64,000 nt of DNA from Basidiobolus meristosporus CBS 931.73 (Eukaryota > Fungi > Basidiobolomycota): assembly GCA_002104905.1 (NCBI GenBank), contig MCFE01000364.1, positions 1 through 64,000 on the forward strand, given 5' to 3'. The position numbers were made by a program, and so were the translations under genes. Below are positions 51,201 to 64,000 of the stretch, piece after piece. The notes under the pieces are model-generated. The model saw only the letters and a list, made by a program, of their open reading frames with translations, searched no databases and was not told the DNA's origin. Positions within the stretch are counted from its first letter, which is position 1. Every line of letters starts with the position of its first letter.

Positions 51201-51779
51201 CTCTGTTTACAATGAAGGACATGGATGCTGAAGTAGATGAATTGACTCTCTTTACAAATCCATCTACCTCACTGGAGTATATCTCAGCTGGCTGCACTTT
51301 CAACTCTTGGGAAAACAGTATTTGCCCTTGTTGGTAATTCTACTTGTTGATGATGGGACTGAGCCTGTTATAGGTTGACAGTACTATTTGCCAAGAACTG
51401 CAGCCGTTACTGATGCCTCCCTGTCTCTGACATTGATAGACTTTTTTGCTCTACCATTATCACTGCCAAGCCTTATGCTGCCACTGCCACTAAGTGTTTC
51501 CTATGGTGAACTTTACTTTCTGCTTGATAAGTGTGGCACTACTACATATATATTTGCCTGCTTATTCATTACAAACACTCTTATGGCAACCCATCACTTG
51601 TTGAACTTATTTGGAGCCTCCAGTCCTGCTTGTGACAAGCTCTTGAGCATGATGTTGGTTTTAAGCCATAGAAACCCTGGTCCTCAGCCCTTGATAGTTT
51701 CTTCTATTCCTGAGCTACTTTCTTAGCATAACAGTGCTGACCCAAGATCTGTTTGCTTTCTAGAGTCTGGGATAATGCT

Positions 51780-52100
51780 TATGAACTAGTCAAATGCATT
51801 CTGCTTGGTCTTTGATTCCTGATGGTCCCATTATATGCTGACCTTAAAGTGATGCCATGGTAGACTTGAAACTGCCTGTTGATTATTAGCATACTTTTGA
51901 GTATTGCATTCAAGAGCTTTGCTTTCTTTGATGTCCTATGATTTTTAGGCCAAGGTATAATGCCACAGTGTCTCCCTCCCATGCTATTATTGCAAGTCTT
52001 GGTATAAGAGTTGTAGAGGATAGGGAGTCTAGCTAGTATTGTATTCACTAAAACTTGAACTGATTTTTATTGAGGTTCCAGCAGCTCCTTATATACATTT
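51780..52100 (-). repeat. Unclassified dispersed repeat shared with about 59600-59775
   Basis: GCT.GTATTGTATTCA.TA.AAC.TGAACTGATTTTTAT..AG.TT.CAGCAGCTCCTTATATACATTTTGC is present at both loci. Confidence 0.55.
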
Positions 52101-52829
52101 TGCAAGATCAATTGTTGAATAATTATATTTCCTAATGTAGGCTGAGGCCAATGCCTCATTTGATTGCATCACCATCACCCAATAAGATCTCACTTAATAT
52201 ATCTTTTTTGGTCTGATAAGGATCTGCTGATTTATTTGCTGACTAATGCTACTAATTTGATAGATACTACTGATATTCCAATAAGCTAAACATATAACTA
52301 ACTGATTTGACTAAGAACAGATCAAACTTGAACATTCAAGCGGTAAATTATAACTCTATGATGGGTTTTGCAGTGGGTCTTAACTTTGGATGCGGTATTT
52401 GTACTTCAAAGAATGTACAATGTTCCACTGATGTTTCATTGAGAAGTAGCTCAGTTCCTGGCTGCAACATTAAGCAAACTGAGTTCCTTCTTTGCAGCCT
52501 GCATATTGCACTCTCTACCTATTATATTTGGTACACTTTTCATACTATTGGCTCTTACTGTCTTGGGACAGTTACTGGCTTTCTCTTAGCCAGTACGTCT
52601 ATCTTAGTAGCCACTGTACCTAAATGCCTTTCTGGTGCCTAGGTATACAGATTAAATCAAAAACCATAAATGTTCAGGGCAGAATGAATGCGCTGAAGTC
52701 AAAGCTTTTTACTGAGAGAGATGCACTTACTCATCAGCAATATACATTCACCATTGAACAAATGTTCACATTATAAGATTATATATCAAAAAGCAGTTCA
52801 CCAATACCATTTTGATGTGTCTTCTGCCT

Positions 52830-55800
52830 TTATGCAAGGGGCTTGTCACAGAACTTGAGCAGCTCTGCCACATGCATAAAGCTGAACATGTAGATATCTA
52901 CCAATAATATTTCTACTCTATACTCCATCTTGTTTGGTGGATGATAGTGGCCTTGATTCATCTTTTGAGAGTTTCTTATGGAGATAGTGTGTGAGTAGAT
53001 AGGAAGACAAGTCAAGTTGTAGGTTATACCATATCCCAATCTCATCAATAACTTAATTATCATATATGGCCTGAATATGAAGAGTAGAGTCATGGAGGAC
53101 AGCAAGGAAGAGTTGGAAAATACTGAGGGCAGATGTCTATATGGCAGCATCAATGCCTTGGCCATGAAAATACCTGATAGCTCTATCTCATGGATATCAA
53201 TTGACCAATGAAACTTCATACTGGACACAATATGCAACTGATTTACTTTGGGACAACTCTGCAAAAGCTTGTCAAGCTTCTCCTTGGTACAAGCTAGTAT
53301 CCACACCCTTCAATATGGAATTCACGCAAACAAGAAGCATAGCATTCCTATCAGGGTGACCAGATTCCCACAGGGAGTAGGAATATATGAACAAAGTTCC
53401 AAAATGTGCCTTGCAGATATTCTAAGGTACTTATGTCTAATGTGATGGCAAGCACTTATATGGTTGCAAGATCTATATGCACTACCTATATAAGCTATTT
53501 GGCAACCTTGCAAGCATCTCACTGACACACTACAGAGTTGAGTTGATAAAAGTGCATAAATTGCAGTGGGGGTGTACATGTTGAAATATTGGACTATTTG
53601 GTATCATTCAGCAGCTAAATATTTACTTAACAATTTGGGACTAACTTACAGCCCTTACTTTGGCACTTTCTTCAGATCTATGATCCTATGATTATTCTCT
53701 TATAGTCAGGATCAAATTAGCACTATTACCAAAGATTATGTATTATCCCTGAAGCTGTTACAGAATGCTCCTGAATACTGAGAAACCCCCCTTGTATAGT
53801 GTTACAGCTGTATTACTTCTACAAAGGTTTAAATGCTGGGCTTCTTTATGAATACGCAGTTCAGCAATCATAGCTATTTCTTGATAAGTTGCTTACGTCC
53901 ATATCATTTTGTAAACAGCAACGGGTTATGAGCCCCGATTGCCTTAATCTATTCTAAAGATGACTTCTACCAGCAAACAGAACAACACAAACATCTTCTC
54001 TGTAAAGGAGAGGTTTGATAGGAAGAACTACAGACTTTGGAGAATCAAGATGCAGATCAACCTTGAGGAAAGGAAGCTTTGGAGTATAGTAATCCAAAAG
54101 AAGTTAAGCCCAAAGGAAGAGCAGAAGAAGTGGAGAAGCTTCAAGAGAAGGAGAGAAATGCCTTTGATGCCATATGTATTAATGTGCAAGATTCCTCCAT
54201 TGGACAAATCCATGCCTCAAATACCACCAAAGCAGCATAGGAATCCTTAGAAAAGTTCTTTAGATCAAATTCAGTATCAAGCAAGCTATATTTAAAACAA
54301 AAGTTCTTCAACATGAGGAAGAAGCCAGATGATGACATGCTACAACTCATTACTAGAGTGGAGACACTTGCAGAAGAACCTTACATTATCACTGCCAATG
54401 TAGATGATGAAGAAAAGATACTGTGTCTGCTTTGCAGCCTACCAGACAAGTATGAGCCGCTCATATTTTCTTTTGAAAGCAGAGAAGATAATTTGACTTT
54501 AGATTATGTCAAAGGAACACTTCTCCTTGAACAACTTAGACTTAATGATTAAACAAAGAAAATGAAGATAATGCTTTATTCAGTTCAGAAAGGCACTCAG
54601 AAAAGAAAGGAAAGCAACAAAACTAAAGAAAACCTGGCTGCTGTAATTACTGTAAAAAGCCAGGACACTGGGCAAGGGAATGCAAGAAGAAACAAGCAGA
54701 CAAAAAACAGAAACTAGAGCAGGCAAACCTTATAACCACTGATGAACAGTTATTTGTAACTGTACAAGAGAGTGCAAGTAACCAAACTAATGAATGGTAT
54801 ATTGACTTTGGAGCATCACAGCATATTTGGGGTATAAAGGAGTGGTTCAGCAATGTAGGGACTTTTCCCGTAAGAAAGCTTTATCTGGATGATAACTCTG
54901 CTCTGGAAGCTATTGCCAGTGGGTCTATACAACTACATATGAGCAATAGCACAAGGGCAACAACAGCAAGACTGACTGATGTACTCTATGTACCTGGAAT
55001 AGCTAAGAACCTACTCTTAGTCAGTAAAGCAACTGCACAGAGACTAAAACTTGTTATCACTAAGATGAGCTGCTCAGTATTGAATGAAAATGGACTGATA
55101 TTAGCTTTGGGAATTAGAGATCACAGTATGTACTGGTTAAAATGCCAGATCACTGTACCTGAGTAGGTCAACATTGCTGAAACTGCTGAAACCAACTGGG
55201 AGATGTGGCATCAGAGGCTAGGTCATATTGGGGAACAGAAAATGAGCCAATTAGTGAAAAATTAGCTTATTTTGGGCCTAAAATTCTCAATTCCAACCAA
55301 ATTGAATGCCCATAAGAGATGTTCATATGCTAAGCAAGCTAGGCAATGTTTCAAGAGCTCAGAAGGTACCAATACCACCAAAATAGTGGCTTTTATACAC
55401 TCAGACATACTTGGCCCATGAGAATACTGTGCTTGGAAGCCAAGAGATACTTTATGACGTGTATTGATGACAAAACAAGATATACATGGGTGTACTTCCT
55501 CAAAACAAAGGATGAAGTTTTCGAGACATTTAAGCAATTCAAGAGCATGGCAGAAGCACAAACTGGGTGTAAGATGAAGGTACTACAAAGTGACAATGAA
55601 GCAGAATACTATTCAAAAGAGTTTGCAAAATACTGCTGATCTACTGGTATACTTCAACAGACCACATTTCCTCACTTTCTACAGCTACTGGAGTGGGAGA
55701 ATGTGCAAATAGAACAGTAGTAGAGATGGGAAGATCAATGCCACATGACAAGGGAATGGACTACAAATTTTGGGCTGAATCTATTGTTACTGTGGTATAC

Positions 55801-58750
55801 ATCAAGAATGGATGCCCAACAACAGCACTACATGACTCTACACCGTTTGAATCATATACAGTCAAGAAACCAGACCTCAAGCATCTCACAATCTTTGGCA
55901 ATGACGTTTTTATCACATCCCTGACAAAAAATGCTTAAAGTTGGAACCAAAGAGTACAAAAGGGATCTTCCTTGGGTATTGTGAGAATACTAAAGGGTGT
56001 AGAGTGTATGATGGCAAAATTCAGAAACTGATCAAGAGCAGGGACATTGCATTTGAGGAGAATTCAGGTCACATATCCACTGAAATCATTGGCCAGCTTC
56101 CTGATGATGCAATCAACACCAATGAAGAAGATATGTACCTAATTCAGCCAGATATGGATGATAATTTGACAAGTTCCAGATCAGAGCAGATTATCCCAGT
56201 TAGGAGATCAACCAAAATTGCAAGTGCCCCTAGATTCTGGAGGCAGACATCCAATGATTATGAAGAAGTTCATCTTGCTTTATATGCCAAACCTCAGAAT
56301 CTGGAACAGGCAATGCAAAGTCCAGATGCTATTATGTGGCAACAAGCCATGCAGGAGGAGTGCCAATCACTGATCAAGGCGAAAACATGGAAACTGCTAG
56401 ATTTACCAAATGGGAGAAAGTCAATAGGATGTAGATTGGTCTACATGATCAAGATAACCTCAAATGGTACTGTTAATAAGTACAAGGCTAGATTGGTGGC
56501 TAAAGGTTATTCCCAGATCTGGAGACTAGACTTTAAGGAAACATTTGGTTTGGTTGCCAAGTTTACCTCCAGTGGGACAGTTCTAGCCCTGGCAGTGGTA
56601 CACAGTCTAGATCTATATCAAATGGATGTCAAAACAGCCTTTCTAGATGGGGTTTTGAAAGAAACTACATATATGGAGCAACCAGCAGGTTTTACTAATC
56701 CAAAAGACCCCCATAAGGTGTGCAAACATAGGAAATTGTTATATGGGCTTAAGCAGGCACCTAGAGCACGGTATAACAAGGTTGACACATATCTAGAGGA
56801 AACTGGGTTCTCTTGTAGTACTGCAGATCACAGTATATATGTGAAACAGCTCAAAAAAGGTGTGATCATCATACTTCTTTATGTAGACAACCTAATTATA
56901 GCTACAAGTGACCAAGAGGCTCTTAAACAGACAAAGTCGGACCTCATCAGCAAGTTTGCGGTGAAAGATTTTGGAAAATTAAGGTATTCTAGGAATTGAA
57001 GTGAATTCTGACATACCTACACAGAAGAGTGTGCTGAGTAAGTCTAAGTACATTAGGAACATTCTCAGATTCTTCAAAATGGAAAAGTGCAAGCTTGTAA
57101 CCACCCTTATGGACAACAATCTAAAATTCAGTAAATCTCAGCAAGTTTTAGACAAAAACAACTCAGATATGGACCAAAACTTTCCCCATCAATCAATGGT
57201 TGCTAGCCTGATGTACTTGATGGTGTCTACCTGTCCCAATACTCCCATGGCAGTAGCAATAGTCAGTCAAATAATGCATAATTATGGATCAAATTAAATT
57301 ACAGCAGTTAAGCAGATCTTCAGATTTCTACAAGGTACCATAAATATGGTACTGGATTACTCTGGAGCAGCTGATAGGCAAAAAATTGATTGTTAAAGTG
57401 ATGCAGATTGGGGTAGGGATCTGATTGACTGACACTCTACTACAGGCTATATATTTCTTTATGCTAGTGCAGCTATTACTTGAAATTGCAAGAAACAACC
57501 AACTATGGCCCTATCTACAACTGAAGCTGAATATAGGGCTGCATGTCTAGCAGCTAAGGAGGCTATATGGCCACAAATATTATTCAAAGACTTAGGTGTT
57601 GATTCAGATGAACCAACATATATTTACAAGGATAATCAAAGATGTATTTCATTAGCTAGAAATCCTACTATTCATGCCAGAACTAAGCACATTGATATAC
57701 AGCATCACTTTGTGAGGGAAGCTGTAGAAAATAACTTAGCAGAGTTAGTGTACTGCTCAACTAACAAAATGGTGGCAGATATATTGACAAAACCACTGGC
57801 TAGATCACAATTTGAGAATCTCAGGGAGAAATCAGGATTAAGAAATTACTTAGTTGAGGAGGAGTGTTGAGATATTGGTCTATTTGTTATCCTTCAGCAG
57901 CTAAAAATTTACTTAACAATTTGGGACTAGTCTTGGTCACTGTGGGACTAACTTACAGCTGTAACTTTGCCACTTTCTTTAGATCTATGATCTTATGACT
58001 ATTCCCTTATAGTCAGGATCAAATTAGCACTCTTACCATACACTATGTACTATCTTTAAAACTGTTACAGACTGCTCCTGAATATTGAGAAACCCTCCTT
58101 GCTTAGTGTTACAGCTGTATTGCTTCTACAAAGGTATAAATACTGAGCTTCTTTATGAATAAACAACAATCCAACTGTTATCACTCTTTCTTGATAAGTT
58201 TTTTTATCCAAATCACTTCCTAAATTGCAACAGTACATAGGTAAAGGTTAGCAAGTAAGAGGACATAATTCTTTTTTGAATCCAACAATATGTAGAATAC
58301 CCAGAGTAGTAGTGGGTAAGCACATAGATTGCAATGATATCATAGTGGAATATATAAACAGTGTATGAGGAAGTAAGAACAGAAAGACCAATAGGTAAGT
58401 TGTTATGATATCCTTATATTGAAATGGATGTAGGCTGCTACACTGCCATTATAATACAAATAGAGGTGCGTAAAGAGGCCATTCAACACCATCAGTTTTT
58501 TTTGCCGCATAGGTTATTGGACATATAGACTGGTCAGGTCACCACAAATAAATGTACAATGCACTAAGACCACCAAAAACGCTATGCAATTCTTGTCTCA
58601 GCTCCACTGTAAGATGTTGTATAGTGTCAATAGTCCCAAGCTGCCAGCATTGTGATGACCTTGTTGCAGGACTGTGGTGGCTCAGCTGGATTTCATGTAC
58701 CTGCAGGTCCACATTATTTTTCATACATTAAGTGCTGCCACCATATTCTC
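52830..58750 (+). mobile_element. CACTA-family 3' relic split by a Copia B insertion (52830-53578 and 58233-58750)
   Basis: 52960-53170 matches 23040-23250 (GAGATAGGAAGACAAGTCAAGTTG...); 58290-58730 matches 23670-24170. Confidence 0.65.
53579..58232 (+). mobile_element. Near full-length Ty1/Copia element, family B, disrupted
   Basis: LTRs 53579-53923 and 57865-58232; perfect TSD GTACA; PBS GGTTATGAGCCCC; PPT GAGGAGGAG. Gag, protease, integrase, RT (YKARLVAKGY, QMDVKTAFL, LLYVDN) and RNaseH ALSTTEAEY; multiple stops and frameshifts. Confidence 0.95.
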
Positions 58751-59792
58751 TAAATTGACCTCATGTCAGGACGCAACCAGATTGGGGTGAAGCAGAAGAC
58801 ATCCCCAAGACAGCATTCAGCACTAGTTAATGACTTTTTGAATACCTGGTCATGGGTTTGGCTCCAGCTGATTCCTTGGCATCCTTCATTTTCATGTTGC
58901 AAGCCATCCTCCAGATGTAACTGAGCAAGCTTGAGAAAATCTACATAGGCAGCATATTGATCAACAGCAAGCCAGAATAGGGTCACATTGTGCACATTGA
59001 GAAAGACCTAAAAAAGCCAAAGAAGAACAAGCTTTAGGGCAATTTGCCAATTAGGAATTCTTTAAAAAACCTGTTGAATATCATGGATATATAGTAACCA
59101 GTACTGGAGTACCGGTAGGCCCCATGAGATATGTAGCTGCCTAATTGCATATCAAACCTTACACCATTTGTTGAAAATATCTCTTAGTATTGCTGATATG
59201 TCATGTACTTTGCTAGTATTACAGCCCCTTTGGCCAATGCTATCTGCAAAGTTAACACCTTGAAGTATGATATAGCTGGTAGGACTGTCTTTCTGATGCT
59301 GAGGAATGAAGTTGCTAAACTGCCAAGCTGCCAAGCTGCCAAGCTTTGGAATACCTGACTTCAGTGATGTATTTACTCCTTAAACAAATACTTCAGGCTG
59401 CTTAATTAGTGGAGAAATGAGCCAAGAATCAAAAGCAAAGGCATATATGTTGTAGTTGAATTCAAGTGAGTTCAGCAAAACATAACTACCCAGTGTATGG
59501 GAAGTAGATGCCTATCATAATACACTACCTAAAGATGTGGAGTACCTATATTGAAGGAGTCTTGTGCAACATGAAGGCCAACCATAATTCACTTAGATAA
59601 TTTTCTAATCACAGAGTGCTGTTCAGCAGAATGACTCAATAGAGTGCATTGGTTACAAGTCTTGATATCAGAGTTGTATAGAAGTAGGGAGTTCAGCTGG
59701 TATTGTATTCAATAGAACCTGAACTGATTTTTATCAAGATTTCAGCAGCTCCTTATATACATTTTGCCAGATGAACTGCTAACTACTGATTA

Positions 59793-60522
59793 GACTTGTT
59801 CCATTGGATAGTGCCACATTGAGCCATGAGTGCCAAATGATGCCATAGTGTGCCAGGGAGGCCAAGTGAGCCTATACTTGGCCACAGAGTGTGAAACATA
59901 GCTCTGCATCTTCATGCAAAGCAGCTCCTGTGTTTCACCCATTCTATTGGAGAAAATTCATTTTTTGACCTTTTTTTTAGGTCAATGTTGTACAGGATGT
60001 GTAAGAGCACAGGAGAACTGTTGACAGACATCAGGTACTTGATCCCCATGGCACTCTGAATCTAGCTCCTGTGGCTTGTAACATGTCACAAAGATTCATG
60101 GTACTATTTTGGTCCACTAGTACTATTTGGCACTGTATTTATTATTAGCCCTAAAGTAAGATCAATAGAAAGCACTTATAGTGGCAGATAGTACCAGTGG
60201 ACCAAGATAGTGACATGCATTTCTGTGACATGTTGCAAGCCACAGGAGCTAGATTCAGAGTGCCATGGGTATTGAGTATCAGATGCATATCTTCAATCCT
60301 ATTGTGCTCTTACACATCCTGCACAACATTGATCACCAAAAAAACATCAAAAAATGGATTTTCTCCTGCATCATAGGTGAAACACAGGGGCTACTTTGCA
60401 TGAAGATGTAGAGCAATGCTTCACACTCTGTGGCCAAGTATAGGTTCACTTGGCCTCTCTGGCACACTATGGCATCGTTTAGCACTCATGGCTCAATGTG
60501 GCACTATCCAATGGAACAAGTC
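59793..60522. mobile_element. 730-bp foldback/MITE-like element with ~345-bp terminal inverted repeats
   Basis: GACTTGTTCCATTGGATAGTGCCACATTGAGCCATGAGTG... at the left is the reverse complement of the right end. The arms pair inward to about 60135/60180; flanked by TA on both sides. Confidence 0.85.
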
Positions 60523-60799
60523 TAATTGTTAGCTATCACCTATATACCAATAGGCTAAACATATAAATAATGGATTTGACCAAAAGCTCATCTAACTTAA
60601 ATATTCAAGTGGTAGATCATAACATCAACCTGATCTTATATGAAATAAGTATGAGAACTAATATAATTGTGGATTTTCCCTTATATTATGCATGATGCAT
60701 CTTGGATCCCACTGACATGATCAGATCAAATTAGAGGATATATATACCAAGTACTGTAAGCCATCTGCCCCAATCTACTCAAGGAGATCTCTTGTTAAG

Positions 60800-62500
60800 C
60801 TTCTCTGCTATTACAAGAACTATTGCCCTACAAGGTTTCTTCCTACCATCTATGACAACCAAAGTCCTAGAAGCTTTGATTCCCAGGTGACAGCAATGGA
60901 GAACCACCTTGCAGAGAGAATGAATGAACAAGAGCAATCTGGGAATACTAGGATAAGAAGTTGCACCAGACTTCTGTATTGCTGAGTATTTAGCAACTGG
61001 TTTCATATCAGGAGCAGTTTACATACCTTCCCAGTCAGGATTAACAGACCTTCTAGAAGGCAGAGGTGCTTTTATTCTGGCAAAACAACAAACACTGTGT
61101 GAAGTCTCAAGCACTGTCTGACATTGGGGGTGATTTGATCTGATTAGGTGGGCCATTGGCTAAAAGAAGGCATGACAAAGCACTTTGGGTACAGAGTTTT
61201 CAAGAATGCATTAGTGGCAAAATAGATGGCAGGCTTGACTTATATATCAGAGGATTGTCAGATACCAGGATGTGTTACAGCTCATAGAAAGCCAAGGAAT
61301 GGTGTGCTTAGCAGTAAGCAGAAGCTCTATAATAAGATTTTTAATGATTTCAGAGTGCAAGTATCATGCATTTGGATATATAACTAGTTTCTGCATATTG
61401 GCAGTTAAACACAGAGAGAAGTCATGTAAAGGAGAAAACTGCAGAATAGTCAAAGTTTTCAAGATACTTATTAATGCACAGTATATATGTACAAGAAGGC
61501 ATCCACTGAGAAAAATGTGTTTGGAGCATCATGCAGAGTAAATGAAGCAAGAAAAGCACTGTTCTGTGCAACATAAGTATGATTGAATAAGATTGCCTGT
61601 AACTGTATCCTACTGTTAGCATCATGGTAAGATTTAAGGCGCCAGATAGTGCCCTAGTGTACCAGATCAATCTGGCACTATAAACAGGCTGGCACTTTGT
61701 GGCACTATCCAACAAAAAAAGTGTATTACTTACCAGCCTGGAAAAATACCATGGTTGCAGATTCCAGATTGGATGAAGCTGGCAAACATGTAGTATAGGA
61801 TGAAACATGCTACCAAGTTGTTGAAGGAAGTCCTGTTGCTTACTGCAACTATTTTCCTTGCATGGACCCAAGACAGAATATTTACAACTAATATGGGCAT
61901 CTTGGATATCAATGAGCCTATTACCATGTGATGACAGAGCAAAGGGGCCTAGACTAAAACAGAATGTGACAAAGCTGCTGAAAACATACCCAGATTGCCA
62001 AATTAGCCAAAGCAAGCCCTGGTGTTTTGCCAGATTTTTCCCCTTGAGACTTGTTGGGACCTTCAGGAGATGGGAATTTGACTTTGTTGGAAGAAAGCCA
62101 ACCATTATGAGATGCAAAAATTAGATCAAAGCAGTAATTGGCTGCAACTCCAAAGAGCCAGCTGCTAAACTTGCACCAGTAGCCAGAAAGCATGAAGACA
62201 CAAGCTTCATCAACCTACAGATCTTAATGAGCCTTCAATGCCCTGAGGGATCTATATACAATACAGGGGCATATTTTATAGCAAAGTCATTAGAACTGTT
62301 CCTGAGAATGCGGCAGATAAAGCTCTTATCAGGTCTTGCATATCATCATAGCGCAAATGGAGTCATTGAGTGATGTAGTATTTGGAAAAACCCAATAAAG
62401 TGCCCAAACAGAGCTTTGAATAGATGGATTATGTATGTAAGCTAAGCACTACCTGCAGAGTTAAAGTACACTATGCACCTATTTAATAGCAGTATCTTAG
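60800..62500 (+). mobile_element. Degenerate Ty3/Gypsy relic (gag knuckle remnant to integrase)
   Basis: RRQRCFYSGK knuckle ghost near 61060; integrase-like KQNVTKLLKTYPDCQ...PLRLVGTFRRWEFDFVG at 61950-62090. Confidence 0.55.
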
Positions 62501-62748
62501 AGCTGTCAGACAGTGGCAGAAATATATGCACAAAGGTTCTGCTCTGAGACTAGTTTTGGATGTAGCTGGGTCTGACCACAGTGGCAACAGAGTTGACTTG
62601 TAACATGGACTAGGCTTGGTATACCTGAGAGTACTGGATATGCCAGACTTGCATCAAAATAATAAGCAAGTTATTAAATACATAATTTTGCTCAGAAACA
62701 ATTAAAATATGTCAAGACACACAATAAGCCAAAAGGTTCAGTAGGCTT

Positions 62749-63907
62749 TGTGGGTTATTAATGACTGTACTTGGTAAGTGGGAGAGCTTGTAGGTCAAGT
62801 CAGTACCACTTGGTTCAGAATAGCTTCCAATAAAAGGTAGCAAGGTAATAAAGACTTGTGTCTATTCTGTCCCCAAATCTCCCTGTCTTGGTTCAATTGG
62901 GTACATATATATATCACTTGGGGGGCTTAGATAACAGTCAATGTGTTGTAAAATAGGGGTGTGAACACTTTCCTGTTATGGCCAGTGTTCTAACTAGATA
63001 AGGGTAGGGATAGGAGGGAGGGCACATGGGGGGATCATAGGGAGGATGCTGGGGGACTTTGGGTAGGACTCTGGGGAGAACTCTTGGGCAAAGAGTGAGT
63101 ACTGCATTTAGTACTCACATATCCCAGGGGTTAAGAGGGAGCTTTGTCCTCAAAGTTCTTTTGACTAACTTGCTTCTCCAGGGTCAATTTTGTTCACAGA
63201 GCATGGGGAGTCACCATAGTACCATTGCAGGTTTTTACTTTCAAGGGGGTTGTGGGCAAATACCTGACACCATTTGGCAGCAGAGTGGGGCGTGGCTTCC
63301 ATTGCTTGAGGGATGTTTTCCACAGAGCCAAATAGTTGGCAAGCCATAGGGTTCTGGGTAAGTTCCTTGGGAGGGTCAGAGAACAAGAAAAGGTGCAATA
63401 GCGTGATAAAGTCCTGCTTCTTTATCTTGCAAACGTTGTTGGGGCTTGTCCTTTTTGTGTTCAATATGACGGCAGGGGACCTTTTGAAGAGGGTGAACAC
63501 TTGGTTGGCAGTCACCTGTTGTTGGTAACAAGCTTTTGCTTCTTCCAAGATGTATGATAGTTCTTCTGTAGAAACTGTGGCGCAATCAAGGCGCTTTTGT
63601 ACTTGCCTCATAGTTTCTACAGAGTCCGCAGTGGTTTCTTTGGCTTCTTGAAGTTGGACTTTGTACTGGTTCCTGAGTTGTCCTATGGTAAACCACTGTA
63701 ATATTTGTAACACAGCAACTTGGTGGATTGCATGGGTTAACTGGCCGGTGTATTTGATCCATTTGCGTATCTTCTCTAATATGGTTCCTTCTTGGAAATG
63801 TGGTTCAAGATGTTTGCAAATTTCTTGGAGGAGTCCTTCAATTGGGAGTTCTACTTCTGGTGCCCTTGCTGCTGGTACCAGGTCTGCATATACCTCAACA
63901 ACCGTTG
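62749..63907 (-). mobile_element. Second, older and truncated copy of the ORF3-bearing Ty3/Gypsy family (3' LTR 62749-63119 plus ORF3 3' part)
   Basis: The LTR and ORF align with 28988-30160. ORF 63165-63947 translates to a close homologue (about 85% by eye) of 29419-30177; homology stops near 63907. Confidence 0.92.
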
Positions 63908-64000
63908 TGGTAGGGTAAACATACCTCCCACAAACAAGTTTACTCATATAGTCATTATGATATACTTAGCCATATTTTATCTTATCAGTATTATCCCATT

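Noticed and set aside
43500-52800. Short ORFs and patchy TE-like sequence (possible LINE or other transposase debris, e.g. GPDN motif near 49970, internal duplication 50760-51345)
   Set aside because: Too degraded to classify without profile searches; no supportable family call.
59320-59345. CTGCCAAG x3 micro-repeat
   Set aside because: Trivial local slippage duplication with no further structure.

Overview
Eukaryotic, fungal-type DNA: short GT-AG introns with CTAAC/CTGAC branch points and a yeast RTC3-like gene. The species cannot be determined from the window. Host genes lie only in two CpG-rich islands (about 1-3.7 kb and 8-15 kb): the 5' part of a cytosolic HSP70 (minus strand), a small secreted/GPI-like orphan ORF, a 9-exon secreted double beta-prism (MABP-like) plus DCR2/PAP-type metallophosphoesterase gene, and an SBDS-N-domain (RTC3-like) gene. 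The rest, notably 15-64 kb, is a CpG-depleted nest of transposons: CACTA/EnSpm tnp2 relics, two Ty1/Copia families, older Ty3/Gypsy relics, a 1.24-kb solo LTR family and a foldback MITE family. The nest also holds one young full-length Ty3/Gypsy element (28988-35759; 387-bp LTRs, GATAG TSD). That element is the most unusual object in the window. It carries a ~400-430 codon sense-strand extra ORF after integrase that does not look like Env, lacks a canonical polypurine tract, and has been inactivated mostly by CpG transitions. All calls are from manual reading; no database searches were run.
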